Below are positions 37,441-50,744 of a DNA stretch of 64,000 nt, piece after piece (position 1 is the stretch's first letter; each line of letters begins with the position of its first letter). The stretch comes from Chiloscyllium plagiosum. Lineage: Eukaryota. The notes beneath the pieces were generated by a model that did no database searches, had not been told where the DNA came from, and saw nothing but the letters and a program-made list of their open reading frames with translations. The position numbers and the translations under genes were made by a program. The stretch is taken from assembly GCF_004010195.1 (NCBI RefSeq), contig NC_057752.1, forward strand, positions 1-64,000. Direction: 5' to 3'.

Positions 37441-38999
37441 CATGAAAATACCACCTTAAGATGAAAGTTTGTCTTTAAGTTCCTTTTAAAAAAAAATCTC
37501 ACTTTACTGCCATTATCCCATTTGTAAAAGGTAATTTGTATGCGATACAAAATGGAAATATTTTCGAATCAACCTGTTCAATAATGTTGCAACATACCTC
37601 TGGACCAGGTGGGATTTGAACCAGGGCCTCCTGATTCAGAGGTAGGGGCAGTACCATTATGCCAAATACCAAATTATTTTAGAACAATAATAAAAAGTGG
37701 GCACTGTTAACTTGACTCATTGTCTTGAACTCTAAGTCAAGACCAAGAAATTATTGTATGGTAACTGAAGTCTATTGCTAATTTTTTGTCAAACTTTTTG
37801 TATATGATTTTATTTTTCAAATCTCCAACAGAACTATAACAAGTTCTCAAGGAAAGTGAAACCTGGCTGCTGCTGATGTTCTTAATTCAACTAATTAAAA
37901 ATACTTGGGGGAAAGAAACAGTTTGTGAGTTGCCCATGTTACCAACAATGAACGTTTGTATGCATGTGTCATAATTTCAGAGATATGTATTTTAGTTCCA
38001 GTTTTCTCCTCTCCTCTTGTGAAGACTCAAATGGCCATTCTTCAAATGTTTATCAATTTATTGACCATGAGATCACAGCAGAGCTTAAACGTACTATGCT
38101 TCATGTTTGTGTACCACATGTAAATACACACAGCTTACAGAAGGGAAATGTTCCAAAGTGATTCAAATTTGGTGCAGCTAATTTTTCCTAATGCATGGGC
38201 AGCAAGGCTAAACTCAATGTGTCTCTTTCATTTTATGGGATAAGGATATAATTCCCACTTATCTAATCTTTGTTGCTCCAAATTGGCACCAGTCATTGGT
38301 GAAAATGAAAAATCTGAATGGTGTTTTCACAAAATACCTCTTGCAAAACACTGAAATGGAATCTGAGTAGTACAACCAAACAAACCTGGATTAGTTGTAA
38401 AAGTTGTTTGCTGTCAAACTGACTTTTTTATGAACTATTTTAGCTCATTTGTCAAAACAAATCTAACTGACTAACTGCTTTTTTTAAAAGAAATTAAAGA
38501 TGAGATGTACAACAGTGATTCATTACTATGGCTTTCTTATTTTTAAATTTTAAGTATACCATGTGTTTTTTTTAAATTGAGACACCTCGGTGAAGACTCA
38601 ACTCTATAGTTCAAGCTATCAGGTTGTTAATTGAGAAAGAGAGGTAAATTAGTAGATACCAATTTTACATTTTATAAGTTTTAGCTTCTGGACTCCCTCC
38701 TTTATAAAAGCTTAAGTTCCATAGTGAGGGAGACAACAGGTCAGAAAATAAGTGAAAGAATGTAACAAGTCAGGAACCATGTTTACCTGAAACAAATCTT
38801 TCTGGGTGAGCAAATTGTGAGAAGTTCAGAAAACCTCGAGATTTAAGACTACACCAGCCAGTAGGGAAGTTGGCTTATTTTGAAACTGCAGCATGTTTCA
38901 CGGTGTCAGTCGGACATTTGTTTCAACCTCATTACCAGATAGATTTCAAATAATTTCCTACTTGGTGCCATTGTGGAAGCAACATCACCACATGGACTG

Positions 39000-41890
39000 C
39001 AGTGGTCAGCATTTATGGCCTTTCCCCAGTTGCCCTTGAGAAGGTGGTGGTGAGCTGCCATCTTGAACCATTGCAGTTCACCTGCTGTGGGTTGAACCAA
39101 AATGCCATTAGGGAGGGAATTCCAGGATTTTGACCCAGAGACAGTGAAGGAATGGCAATATATTTCCAAATCAGGATAAGTGAGTGGCTTGGAGGCGAAC
39201 TTAAAGGTGATGGTGTTTCAAGGTATCTGCTGTCCTTGCCCTTCTAGATGGAAGTAGTCAGAAGCTTGGAAGGTGCTGTTTGAGCATCTTTGGTGAATTT
39301 CTAGTGCATCTTTTAGATAGTACACACTGATGTGACTGAACATTGGTGGTGGAGTGAATGCTTGTGGATGTGGTGCCAATCAAACAGGCTGCTTGGTGCT
39401 GAATGGTGTCAAGCTTCTTCAGTGTTGTGGGAGCTGCACTCATCCAGGCAAGCTAGGAGTATTCCATCACACCCCTGCCTTGTGCCTTATAGATGATGGC
39501 TAGGCTTTGGGGAGTCAGGAGGTGAGTTACTCGTCGTAATATTCAGAGCCTCTGACCTGCTTTTGTAGCCAGTGTTTATGTGGCAAGTCCATTTGAATGT
39601 CTGGCCAACAACAGTGGGGGATTCAGTGATGGTAACACCACTGAATGTCAAGGGGCAGAGGTTTAGATAGACTCATATTGGTGATGGTCTTAGCCTGGCA
39701 TTTGTGTGGCACGAATGTCACTTGCCACTTGTCAGTCCAAGCCTGGATATTGTCCAGATATTGTTGCATTTGGATAGGAACTGCTTCAGTGTCTGAAGAG
39801 TCACAAATGGTGCTGAACATCATGCAATCATTGGCGAACACCCCCACCTCTGACCTTCTGATGGAGGGAAGGTCATTGATGAAGCAGCTGAAGATGGTTG
39901 GGTCTATGACACTACCCTGAGGAACTCCTGCAGAGATGTCTAGAGCTGAGATGATTGACATCCAACAATTACAAACATCTTTCTATGTGTCAGGCATGAA
40001 TGAATTCAACCAGCAGAGACTTAGCCCTCTGATTGCCAGTTTGAAATCAGTGGCTTCACTGAGCAAATTATTGCTGAGCAGATGCTGGATGACAGTACTG
40101 TTGATGACACCTTCAATCACTTTACTGATGATTGACAGTAGACTGGTGGGGCAGTAATTGTCTGGGTTGGATTTGTCCTTTTTATGTACAAAATATACCA
40201 GGCCCATTTTCTAAATTATTGGGTAGATGCCAGTGTGGTAACTGTATTAGAACAGTTTGGTTAGGGGAGTAGCAAATTCTGAAGCACAACTCTTCGGTAT
40301 TATTGCCAGCATGTTGTCAGGGCCAATAGCCTTTGCAATATTCAATGACTCCAACCGTTTCTTAATATCACATGGAGTGATCGAATTGGCTGAAAACTGG
40401 TATCTGTAATGCTGGGAACCACCAGAGGAGGTCAAGATGGATCATCCACTCAGCACTTCTGGCTGAAGATTGCTGTGAAAGCTTTGGTCCTATCTTTTGC
40501 ACTGATGTGCTGGGCTTCTCCATCATTGAGGATGGGGATATTTGTGGAGCATTGAGGATGGGGATATTTGTGGAGCCTCCTCCTCCGTTGAGCTGTTTAA
40601 TTGTCCACCAACATTAAAGACTCAATGTGGCAGGACTGCAGAGCTTAGATCTGATCTGTTGATTGTGGGATCATTTAACTTTATCACTTGCTGCTTCTGC
40701 TGTTTGGCATGAAAATAGTCCTGTTTGGTAGCTTCACTTGGTTGGCACCTCACTTTCAGGTATGCCTAGTGCTGCTCCACGCAAGCTCACCTGCACTCTC
40801 CATTGAACTAAAGTTGATCCCCTGATTTGATGATAATGGTTGAATGGGGGAATATGCTAGGCCATGAGGTTGCAAATTGTGCTGAAATACAATTCTGCTG
40901 CTGTCGATGGCCCAGAGTACCTCATGGATACCCAGTCTGGAGCTGCTAGATATGTGCAAAGTCTGTCCTATTTAGCACAGTGATCGTGCCACACAACATG
41001 AAGGAGGCTATTTTCAATGTGAAGATGGGATTTCGTCTCCACAAAGATTATGTGGTGGTCACACTTATTGATACTATCATGGGCAGGCACATCTGCAGCC
41101 AGCAGATTGGTAAGGAGGAGGTCAGGTATGTTTTTCCCTCTTGTTGGTTCCCTCAGCATCTGCTGCAGACCCAGTCTAGCAGCTATGTCATTTAGGACTC
41201 GACCAACTCAATCAGTAGTACTGCTGCCGAGCCACTCTTGGTGGCGGACACCGAAGTCCCCCACCCAGAGGACAGTGTGTCCCCTTGCCATCCTCAGTGC
41301 TTCCTTCAAGTGTTGTTTAACACAGAGGAATACCAATTCATCAGCTGAGGGAGGATGGTACATGGTAATCAACGGGAGGTTTCCTTGCCAATGTTTAATC
41401 TGAAGCCACAAGACTTCATGGAGGTCACTGTTGAAGACTCCCAGGGCAACTCTCTCCTGGCTGAATACCGCTGTGCAGCTACCTCTGCTGGGTCTGTCCT
41501 GCTGGTGAAACAGGACATATCCAGGGATGGTAATGGTGGTAGGAGAAAGTGAGGACTGCAGATGCTGGAGATCAGAGCTTAAAAACGTGTTGCTGGAAAA
41601 GCACAGCAGGTCAGGCAGCATCAAAGGAGAAGGAGAATCGACGCTTCGGGCATAAGCCCTTCTTCAGGAAATCGGTTTCGGGCATAAGCCCTGAAGAAGG
41701 GCTTATGCCCGAAACGTCGATTCTCCTTCTCCTATGGTAATAGTGGTGTCTGGGTTACAGACAATGTCAGGCTGTTGCTTGACTGGTCTGTGAGACAGCT
41801 CTCCCAACTTTGGCACTAGCCCCCAGATGTTTCTAAGCAGAACTTTGTGGGGTTGACAGGGCTGTTTCTGCTATTGCCTTTCTCTGTGCC
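39000..41890 (-). mobile_element. CR1/L2-group LINE, second family (endonuclease and RT), decayed
   Basis: VLWVGDFGVRHQEWLG, EPTRGKNIPDLLLTN, NPDNYCPTSLLSIISKVIE and GVPQGSVIDPTIFSCFINDL. Confidence 0.85.
41541..41733. mobile_element. Fold-back Penelope-derived element with an intact hammerhead-like core
   Basis: CTGAAGA-A-GGGC-TTAT-GCCC-GAAAC-GTC at 41691-41718; TSD ATGGTAAT(G/A)GTGGT at 41527-41540 and 41734-41747. Confidence 0.75.
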
Positions 41891-42118
41891 GAGGTAATTC
41901 AAATTCCACCATCTGCAGTGGTGGGATTCAAACTGGGTCCCTAAAACATTAGCTGAGTTTCTGGATTAATAGCCTAGTGATAATACCAAGAGATCATCGC
42001 TTCCACAATGCCAATGTCACCCACATTAAGAATTCATTTTTAAGAAACACAGAATAGCTTGACATTTGCTGCCTACATTCTCACATCAAGAATGGCCACT
42101 CAGGTGAGATACTATACT

Positions 42119-42478
42119 AGGAGACAGTGAGGTCTGCAGATCAGAGTTGAATGTGTTGCTGGAAAGCACAGCAGGTCAGGCAGCATCCGAGGAGCAGGAA
42201 AAAAAAAACAATAAAAAAAATTTTTTTAAAAATCGACATTTCGGGCCGGGGCCCTTCATCAAGAATTAGGCTGGGAGCCTTGGGGGTGGAGAGATAAATG
42301 GGAGGGGGGTAGGGTTGGGGAGAAGGTAGCTGAGAGTTCAATCAGCTACCTTCTCCCCAGCCCACCCCCACGGCTCCCAGCCTCATTCCTGATGAAGGGC
42401 TCTGGCCCGAAACATCGATTTTCCTGCTCCTCGGATGTTGCCTGACCTGCTGTGCTTTTGCAGCAATACACACTCAAC
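42119..42478. mobile_element. Fold-back Penelope-derived element with hammerhead-like core
   Basis: CTGATGA-A-GGGC-TCTG-GCCC-GAAAC-ATC at 42389-42416; TSD TGAGATACT(A/G)TACT at 42105-42118 and 42479-42492. Confidence 0.75.
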
Positions 42479-45400
42479 TGAGATACTGTACTATTGCATC
42501 ATCAACAATTCAGTCCTGACTGTGCTCAGTGGCCTGCAATTGCCCTGTCCAATAAAATTAATGAGGAAAATTGATGGCCATGTTTTCAGGGAGAAAAAGA
42601 ATAAAGCAAAAAAAGTTTAATTTCAAGCAAGTCACATAAACAATAACCTCTGTCACAAAGGTACAGTAGCATCTAATTTATTAGCATATCCCAAACACAA
42701 CACTCAAAATGAATTTGATAACACGAAGAAATTAACTTCTCAAAAAAAAATCCTCATTTCCATAATCTTCAATGCCGACTAAATGGCACCAGAGCTCACT
42801 TTGATTTAATTTACGGTATGATATAAACAAACTCTGGAATCAACTCAATTTTAAAACAATAAACACAATTCATCTCTCCCACATTATAGGCTGGTTTTCC
42901 CCATACAGTATTTCTCATTATAAAATGATACCATGACCACCTGATTTCAGACCTATCCAAAATTATACCATAAAACTACACATTTTCCAAGATTTGCCCA
43001 GACCTTCTGTGAAGCTGCAATCACTTCTTGTCATTTCTGACTGAGTTTTTTGATCCCATCTTCTTCAGAAATGCACAGCATACAGACTTGTGAAAAGTTC
43101 CATCACAGCAAAACTGTTTTGTTTTGGATGGGATGAAGAAAAAGACAAGCTAAATCCCCTTCTTACATAATGACAGCTAGTGCTGTAAGTTTAAATGTTC
43201 AGTGTGAATGGATGAGTGGATAAATGAGGGCGAATGGGCAGGGTGGTAAGTTGGATGAGCAAAACAGGGTGGGTAACTGAATAGTTGGGTTGGGGGCAGC
43301 TGGTCGGTGGTCAGCGTTAGTCAGGTCAGGTCAGCGGGGTAGTTGAGTCAAATTGAAGGTCATCAGTTTGAGCAATTGGAAAGTCAGTTATATAATTATC
43401 GAGGAGTTGGACTGGAATTGTGTAACATTTCCTATTTGTGTAAGTACCTAGATATGTGCATTGGAATTGTCCAAAGTCGTTGACTCAAATCCACAGGGTT
43501 TGAGACATTTTTGGAGGTTCCCAAGGAGCAGGGGATCTGCCCATTCTAAGTTCAAACTTCCCAGACAAATCCCACAGAGGTGAGTGCATCAGGACACTGG
43601 ATTGTACATCTGGTCTGTGACGATCTGGACAGGGGAAGATCTGGGCAAAAGTTTTTCTTTGTTTCCTTTCTACAGATATGGCTGGCTTGTACTTAGCACC
43701 TTCCCAGTCACGTAAGTTGTAGAAGCATGGGTTGCCTTAATTAACAATATTTTTACATTTTACTGGTTATTTTTTGTACCTTTTGGCTTCCAAAGATTGT
43801 GTTGATGCAAGAACTCTTAGATGAAGGAGTATGCTTGCTTAAAAATATTTTTGTTTACATCAATTCCCATACATATATACAGTACTAATTTTTAATTGAA
43901 TAATTTTAGTATTAAATTTACAGACAATTCCATCATTTTGTCAAATAGTTTCCTTTTGCTGTCAAAAATAGTTTTGCATTTATGATAAAAATCCTGATTT
44001 AAGATTCAGAGCAGCTGATATATACATTTGTTTCTCAGCATTTACTCTTTGAATAGTGCAGTTGTTTATCTTCAACAGATAACATGAATTGTGTTAAGAT
44101 GACCGACTAACAAACTGATACATTTGACTTTTGCACGCAAGAGCAGCCTTAACTCAGACAGCTTAAATATTTTTACTTACAGCATGATAATCGTTAGTAA
44201 AGATTGAAATATGAGCAAAGAAATGATAAAAACCACACAACAAACTTAATTAAAAATAAAGCTTTTATTCTTATCTTAAGAGAACAAAAGGTAGACCAGA
44301 GGTATTTCAACAGAACTTTTAAAAAGAGCTTCCAATCATATGGTAGGAAGTGCAAAATGCTGTTCCTTCCAATGCAGGTAATTAATGCAGAATATTGACA
44401 GTATCTCACATCATATGTACAAATTGCTAGCTATTTGAAAATCGTATGTAAGCTCAAAAATGCTAAGTTAGAATTTCCAAATGACCTGGAATTTCAGGAA
44501 CCTCAGCAATGTAGCAGCTGAAGATCCTGTTGGCCAGAAGATGGGGTTGGGGGGTGGGGAGGAAGCACTGTAAAAACATTCTTGAAATAGTGTGGACTGT
44601 TACCATGGTGACAATGCTGCCATGGCATCATTCCCATATACTGTTTCATAAAATAACCTAAAATATTTTGTTGAACATTAAAATCAATGTGGAGCACCTT
44701 AGGTCAACATGACAGTACTAAAAACACGATCTCTACATCATGGAAGGCTATAATTTCTTGCAAACCAATGATTTCACTGAATAATAGCTGCACGTGCAAC
44801 CTGATGGCAATGTATGACAATATTTCCATCAAAATGTTTATGAACCCTATGGATTTTCTTCCTGAAACAATCAAGTGTTTTATGGATTTCCACTCAATTG
44901 CCGAGCTGCTAAAATCTTGAAGTCTGCCAGCCATGTCAGGGCTATTTGGATCATCCTGACCTTGGAGCACAGCTCTAGGAGGGCATTCGTTTTTAAAGGC
45001 AAGGAAGAGGAAAAAAAGGAACTAAATAGAAAAAGAAAGTGTGAAAAATAGCAAATAAAAATAAATGGAATGTTTGCAGAGAAACCTCTGGAGATTTGGA
45101 AGCCTTGGCAGAATGCTGGTCCTCAGTATTGGAGAGTGCAGTCACAGCAAAGGTAATTAATTTGAGACATTAATGTTGTTTTCTTTCCAGAAATGCTGTC
45201 TGACTTGCCAAATATTTCCAGTATTTACTGTTTTTGTATCAAAACACATTTTTAGTCAAATGGAAACAGTGACTTGTTACTGCTACTTTTCCAAACAATC
45301 CGATTTTTCTCCCCACTTCTCGGCCAGTCAGAACAATATTTGTTGATGATATAATTTAATACTCTGACATGTCAAACATTCTCCATGCAGTCTCCATTTA

Positions 45401-45494
45401 GAAAATAGCTTCTTCCAGAATCTGTTAGAAATACAAACGTTTTTTCCCCCACAAATGCTGCAGGATTCGCTCCTCATTAGGTTAGATATTTCAT

Positions 45495-45543
45495 TCATAT
45501 GTCTTCACAACATAAACCCATCAGAGGTGAGAAAACTGGGCGC
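45495..45543 (-). CDS. PAN2: PAN2 candidate terminal coding exon (frame ambiguous)
   Basis: Polypyrimidine tract and AG acceptor at 45544-45545; one frame reads PVFSPLMGLCCEDI*, similar to the vertebrate PAN2 tail (AVFSSVLAL). Confidence 0.5.
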
Positions 45544-47088
45544 CTAATTTAAGACAAAAAGAAAAGCTTGAAGATGTAGAATCTGCATTAAAAACCTATC
45601 AAAAACAAGCCCCATCAACTCATCATGGGCGAAGAGAAGCATGTAAAGCAGATTCCAATGATTTGCGCTTATCAGGGTAAAAGATATACTGGGTACTGGA
45701 GGATTGCTCCAGATTTTATATGCAGATTCAGCATTAAGCACAATCAGATGTAGAGCAGAGCTACCTCTACTTTGCGCAAAATTGCACCTCTGTGACATTT
45801 CTAGTGCCCAAACTCTAGTGTAAAGGTTTAATGCCAAATACATAAATAGTGTAGTGATGTCAGCGATCACATGACTACAGACTCAACAGACAGATGGCTC
45901 TGGGCTAAACCTCATACCAAGCCTTGTCCAGTAAAAGAAAGACAAATATTTAATAAAAGATAAACTTACCAATAGCCCAGTTTGCAGCAGAATCTACTGA
46001 ACGTAATCAAGGACACAGCTTCCCCTAAGATCCATTATGATGACAACAGATGCACCAGCTATTGGTGCTTCTGTGTACAACTGATAATTTAGTACCAGCT
46101 ATGGCTAAATTCTACCCTGTGGGTATACACCTACAAAGAACGCAAGTTGAGACTGCAGCTATTGCAATGGAGATTTTCATTCTACTAGTCACAGGTGGAT
46201 TCAAAGCCAGATCCAGATCCAGAAGTACATTAACCACTGATTTATTGTAAGTAGCATTCGAGATTTAATCATGTTACATCTCTGAAGCCTGGAGAGCAGG
46301 CCAGCTCCTTTCCTACAGGAAATCAGGCAGTCACACTTAGCATTCCTACTATTGTCCAAACATATGCAGGCTAGGTCAAGTAGCCATGGGAAGTGCCGGA
46401 TTACAAGGATAGGATAGGGGTATGGTCTGGGTGGAATGCTCTTCAGAGGGCCAGTATGGACTCAATGGGCCGAATAGCCTGATTCCACACTCTAGGGATT
46501 CTAGGATTCCAATCTCCCTGGTTCGCTACACAGCAATGTTAGTGTATGCTTCGCAGCCAGTCTTCTTAGCTGCATACAGTGCTGGCATGAGGATACTTCA
46601 GAAATAGAAACATGACTGTTTTAAAAACGAAAGTAGTTTTAAGCTTTGAAAATAAAAGATGCTTAACCAAAGAACAAAAACTTGCATTTGAATAGCATTT
46701 TTTTAAATCCTCAATAAGTCCTAAAACACTCCACAGCCAACAGCTTTCTTTTACAGTAGTCACTGTTCTGAAGGCAAATACAGCAGATGATTTGCGCACA
46801 GGTCTCAAAAACGACAACATAGGTAAAACATTGCCTAAGATACTGGGCGAGCTGGAGTTCTGCATCAGGACTTGGACCCATTAACTTCTGGCTCAAGCAC
46901 CAGAATAACCAATTGAACAAACTATCATATCTGTAAAGCTGGCTGTTATTCACGCTGTAACACTATGCCTGCAAACAGCCTCAGCCACCAAATGCAAATA
47001 TCACCATTTATGAAAAACATTCCAAAAAAAATTACTCCAGGTGGATTAAGTGACAGTATAAATTACGACTAGGGCAATAAATATCTCA

Positions 47089-47305
47089 TGATTTGGAGAT
47101 GCCGGTGTTGGACTGGGGTGTACAAAGTTAAAAATCACACAAAACCAAGTTATAGTCCAACAGGTTTAATTGGAAGCACTAGCTTTCAGAGCGCTGCTCG
47201 TTCCACCTGATGAAGGAGCAGCACTCCAAAAGCTAGTGCTTCCAATTAAACCTGTTGGACTATAATCTGGTGGACTATAACCTGGTGCTGTGTGACTTTT
47301 AACGA
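47089..47305. mobile_element. Fold-back Penelope-type element, third family, hammerhead-like core
   Basis: Inverted arms; CAC-CTGATGA-A-GGAG-CAGCA-CTCC-aAAAGCTA-GTG from 47204; TSD AATAAATATCTCA at 47076-47088 and 47306-47318. Confidence 0.7.
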
Positions 47306-47709
47306 AATAAATATCTCAATCATCACATTATCCAACCTCGAAACTGTGCAACACAGAATTACATTTTAAAGGTGAGAGTTAAGAAGCCAAAATATCAATA
47401 CTAAAGTACTGTAGCACCCCCGACCCCAAATTTACATTTTGAAGAGTACTGCAGGATATATACTCGAAGGAAAAAGAATTACAGAGCTATGGGGAATGAA
47501 CCCAAGACTGAGAGTAACTGGATAGCTCCAAAGACTGAATAATCAGTCTCCTTCTGCGCCATGTGATTTTACTCTTCATCTTGTTGAACTTAGCTCAGAG
47601 AAGTTACATAGTGTCGCAGCACCAGATGGTTGGATTCATCTCAACAGAAAACATGATCCCAGGTATGCATCAGCAAGTAAACATATTCTTTGCAGGTCAA
47701 TTCAATTAG

Positions 47710-48482
47710 GCGAAAGTGAGGACTGCAGATGCTGGAGATTAGAGTCAAGAGTGTGGTGCTAGAAAAGCACAGCAGGTCAGGCAGCATCCGAGGAGCAGGA
47801 AAATTGACGTTTTAGGCAAAAGCCCTTCATCAGGAATGAGGCTGGGAGTCTCAGGGATGTTGGGATAAATGGGAGGGGGGTGGGGCTAGGGGGAAGGTAG
47901 CTGAGAGTGCAATAGGTGGATGGAGGTGGCCGTAAAAGGTGAAGGTTGGAGGAGAGGGTGGTGCAGATAGGTGGGAAAGAAGATGGACAGATGGGACAGG
48001 TCATAAGGATGGTGCTGAGCTGGAAGGTTGGAACTGGGCTAAGGTGAAATGAGGAAACTGGTGAAGTCCACATTAATGCCCTGGGGTTGGAGGGTCTCGA
48101 GGCATTCTTCCTCCAGGTGTCAGATGGTAAGGGAGTGGCGATGGAGGCGGCTCAGGACCTGCATGTCCTTGGCAGAGTGGGAGGGGGAGTTGAAGTGTTC
48201 GGCCACGGGGCGGTGGGGTTGGTTGGTGGGGGGTGTCCCGGAGATGTCCCGCGAGTAGGCAGCCTGTTTCCCCGATGAGACTGCATCAGGAGCAATGGAT
48301 ACAGTAAATGACGTGTGGAAGTGCAGGTGAAATTTTGATGGGGGCGGAAGGCTCCTTTGGGGCCTTGGACGGAGGTGAGGGGGGAGGTGTGGGCGCAGGT
48401 TTTGCAAACTACCTCGTCAGGTCCATGCCCCCCAACAACCCACCCTCCCCTCCCAGCACCTTCCCCTGCCACTGCAGGAACA
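47710..48482 (-). mobile_element. Penelope-like element (Neptune type) 3' part, with a short inverted piece
   Basis: CKTCAHTSPLTSVQGPKGAF and PVAEHFNSPSHS (GIY-YIG region). Confidence 0.75.
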
Positions 48483-48909
48483 GAGGTAAAGCTAAGGTTC
48501 TGGATCTGTTATAGTATTATTAGACAAAGAATATAAGTCCCTAAACCACAAAAGCACCCTTGACTAGACCAGCATGACATTTTTCCAGTTCTCTCATTAT
48601 CCTTCTTGTGGACTCGGTGAGATTGCCATTTTTGCTGAATTATGGATGATTTTATGCTGTGTGCCCAGGTCAAACATGAACTGGATTCAACTACCAAACT
48701 CAGCTAATGCAGGATTGCGATACCTAACAGACACTCATTTCATTGATCTATGTCAGAGAGGATGTCTAATACCTAACCCTTCTTCTTAATTTGATTTTTC
48801 AAGGCTCAAGTTTGGTACAATTCACTAATTTCTGGTTAAGGGTTAACGTTAAATATTAGCTGTAAGCAATTAAATGTTGTCACTCAAAGAAATAAAAATG
48901 GTACTTTAC

Positions 48910-49113
48910 TTTTTGGACTATTCTGCACCTCTCCTTCTGGTTCTGGTACTTTCCAGTCCATCTTTCTGCCTTTCTCATAGAGACCTTTAAGTATTTTCCG
49001 GAATTCATCAACATCTATACCATGCTTGGTCAATTTCAAGTACTTGCGATAGAGCTGTAGCGCCGTGCGAGCATCTTCGATACTGTCATGTGTTTCGCCC
49101 TGAATTTTGAGTT
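48910..49113 (-). CDS. PAN2: PAN2 exon (nuclease C-terminus)
   Basis: [25 protein letters not shown]...[24 protein letters not shown] boundaries; 204 nt. Confidence 0.95.
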
Positions 49114-49304
49114 CTGTCAAAGAAGTGAAATAAGAAAAGTCAGTTTTATCAGATTTAAGTAAATTCTCTACAGCCTCTCCAGGCTATTGACTTAGTGTAC
49201 GAAGTGTAGTGCCCAGAATTGGATGCAATGCCCGAGCTAAGCTCTGATCAGAGATTTACAAAGGTTTAACAGAACTTTCTTACTGCTTGGTATCAGTTCC
49301 CGAA

Positions 49305-49735
49305 ATATTTTCTTTCCCAATTTGTGTCCTTCATTGCCAGTGTGTACTGATATGAGGGAGGACTGGTCATGTTGTTTTGTTGCAAGCTGATGCTCATGTA
49401 TTCTGGTGACGAGTTTCTTGACTGTTTGCCCGATGTAATGTTTCTCGCAGTTGCTGCATGGTATTTTATACATTTCATTTACACAGGAGGCCTGGTATTC
49501 ATCCACTGGTTCCATAAACAAACACGCTGAAATAGACCCCATCTACAGAGCACTAGAGTACAAAACCAGAAGTAGAACCACCTGCCACAACAGACAGAAC
49601 CATATAAATTCAGGGCAGATCACAATGACAGTGCTTCATCCAGAGACGACACAGCACTGAGGATGTCACCCAGGAGGGGAGGGAAACAAAACATTTGCAA
49701 GAAAGTCAACCAGCTCAGCAAACCAACCAACACAG
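49305..49735. mobile_element. Old Penelope (Poseidon-type) GIY-YIG fragment with an internal inversion
   Basis: Minus: YKIPCSNCEKHYIGQT...RIHEH. Plus: EAWYSSTGSINKHAEIDPIY. Confidence 0.75.
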
Positions 49736-49864
49736 AGATCAGCACACACACAAAAATCATAATACCTTACAATGAAATCTAGCTGATTACAAAGACATTT
49801 GGAATTACACACATCAACTGATATTAACAAAAGCTAAAAATCTTAAACTGTAACCAATACAAAC

Positions 49865-49958
49865 CTAGAAAATACCATGCAAGAAAACGCAATGAAATCA
49901 TCCTCTTCCGAGGCATGTGAAACAAATACACCGTGTCTATCACTTGCTCCTTCGGTAT
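49865..49958 (-). CDS. PAN2: PAN2 exon
   Basis: cag|[31 protein letters not shown](E)|gtttgt; 94 nt; not in the ORF track. Confidence 0.95.
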
Positions 49959-50744
49959 CTGAAGATAGAAATGAGGAGAAAAGTAGATTAGTCTAAAACT
50001 GAAACTTATAAAAGCAATTCATTGAACATTTCTTTGAGCAGGAGGAGCATTTACGTTTGTGCCACACTAAAGTGATCTGGTGGACTATTACTGAAACTTG
50101 CTTTTCTCAAATCTGAAACCACACAATAGATCTGGTGGCTCATGTACAAACTCATTATGAAAAACTATTAAACAGTCTTCCCTCAGGCCAGAAATTCACA
50201 CTAATTATGTATCTTCAATCTTTGCTTACACCAGTGTTTTTCAACATTATGGTTATTGCAATTCTAATACAAATTTGGCTGCTAATCTCTACAAGACGCA
50301 CCACAGTCAGCTTGTATCACACTGAACTGACATCACAGACAGCAGCTCTATCACAGAGTATGATAGCTTCCTGCCATATTCCACAGAATGAAGTTTTTAC
50401 GATTTATTTTCAAATAGACACAGCCAATAGGGAACCTTCTACATTAGACTAGATTGGGTTGGGATATCTGGTCGACATGGACGGATTGGACCGAAGGGTC
50501 TGTTTCCATGCTGTACATCTCTATGACTCTAAGTAAAGACAAACATACTATTCATGATTTTGTGAAGCTATGCTATTTAGAAAATCTGTTTTACCCAATC
50601 AGAACACCATTGTACTTCTTCAATGGTACATAGCCTCTCCACCAAAGAAATTAGAAAAGTGTTGTTGACTTAGCACAGTGAATATATTTGTAACAGATTC
50701 TTTCAGTTATGCAGTATTAGACAGTGGATTCACATCTTCATGGA

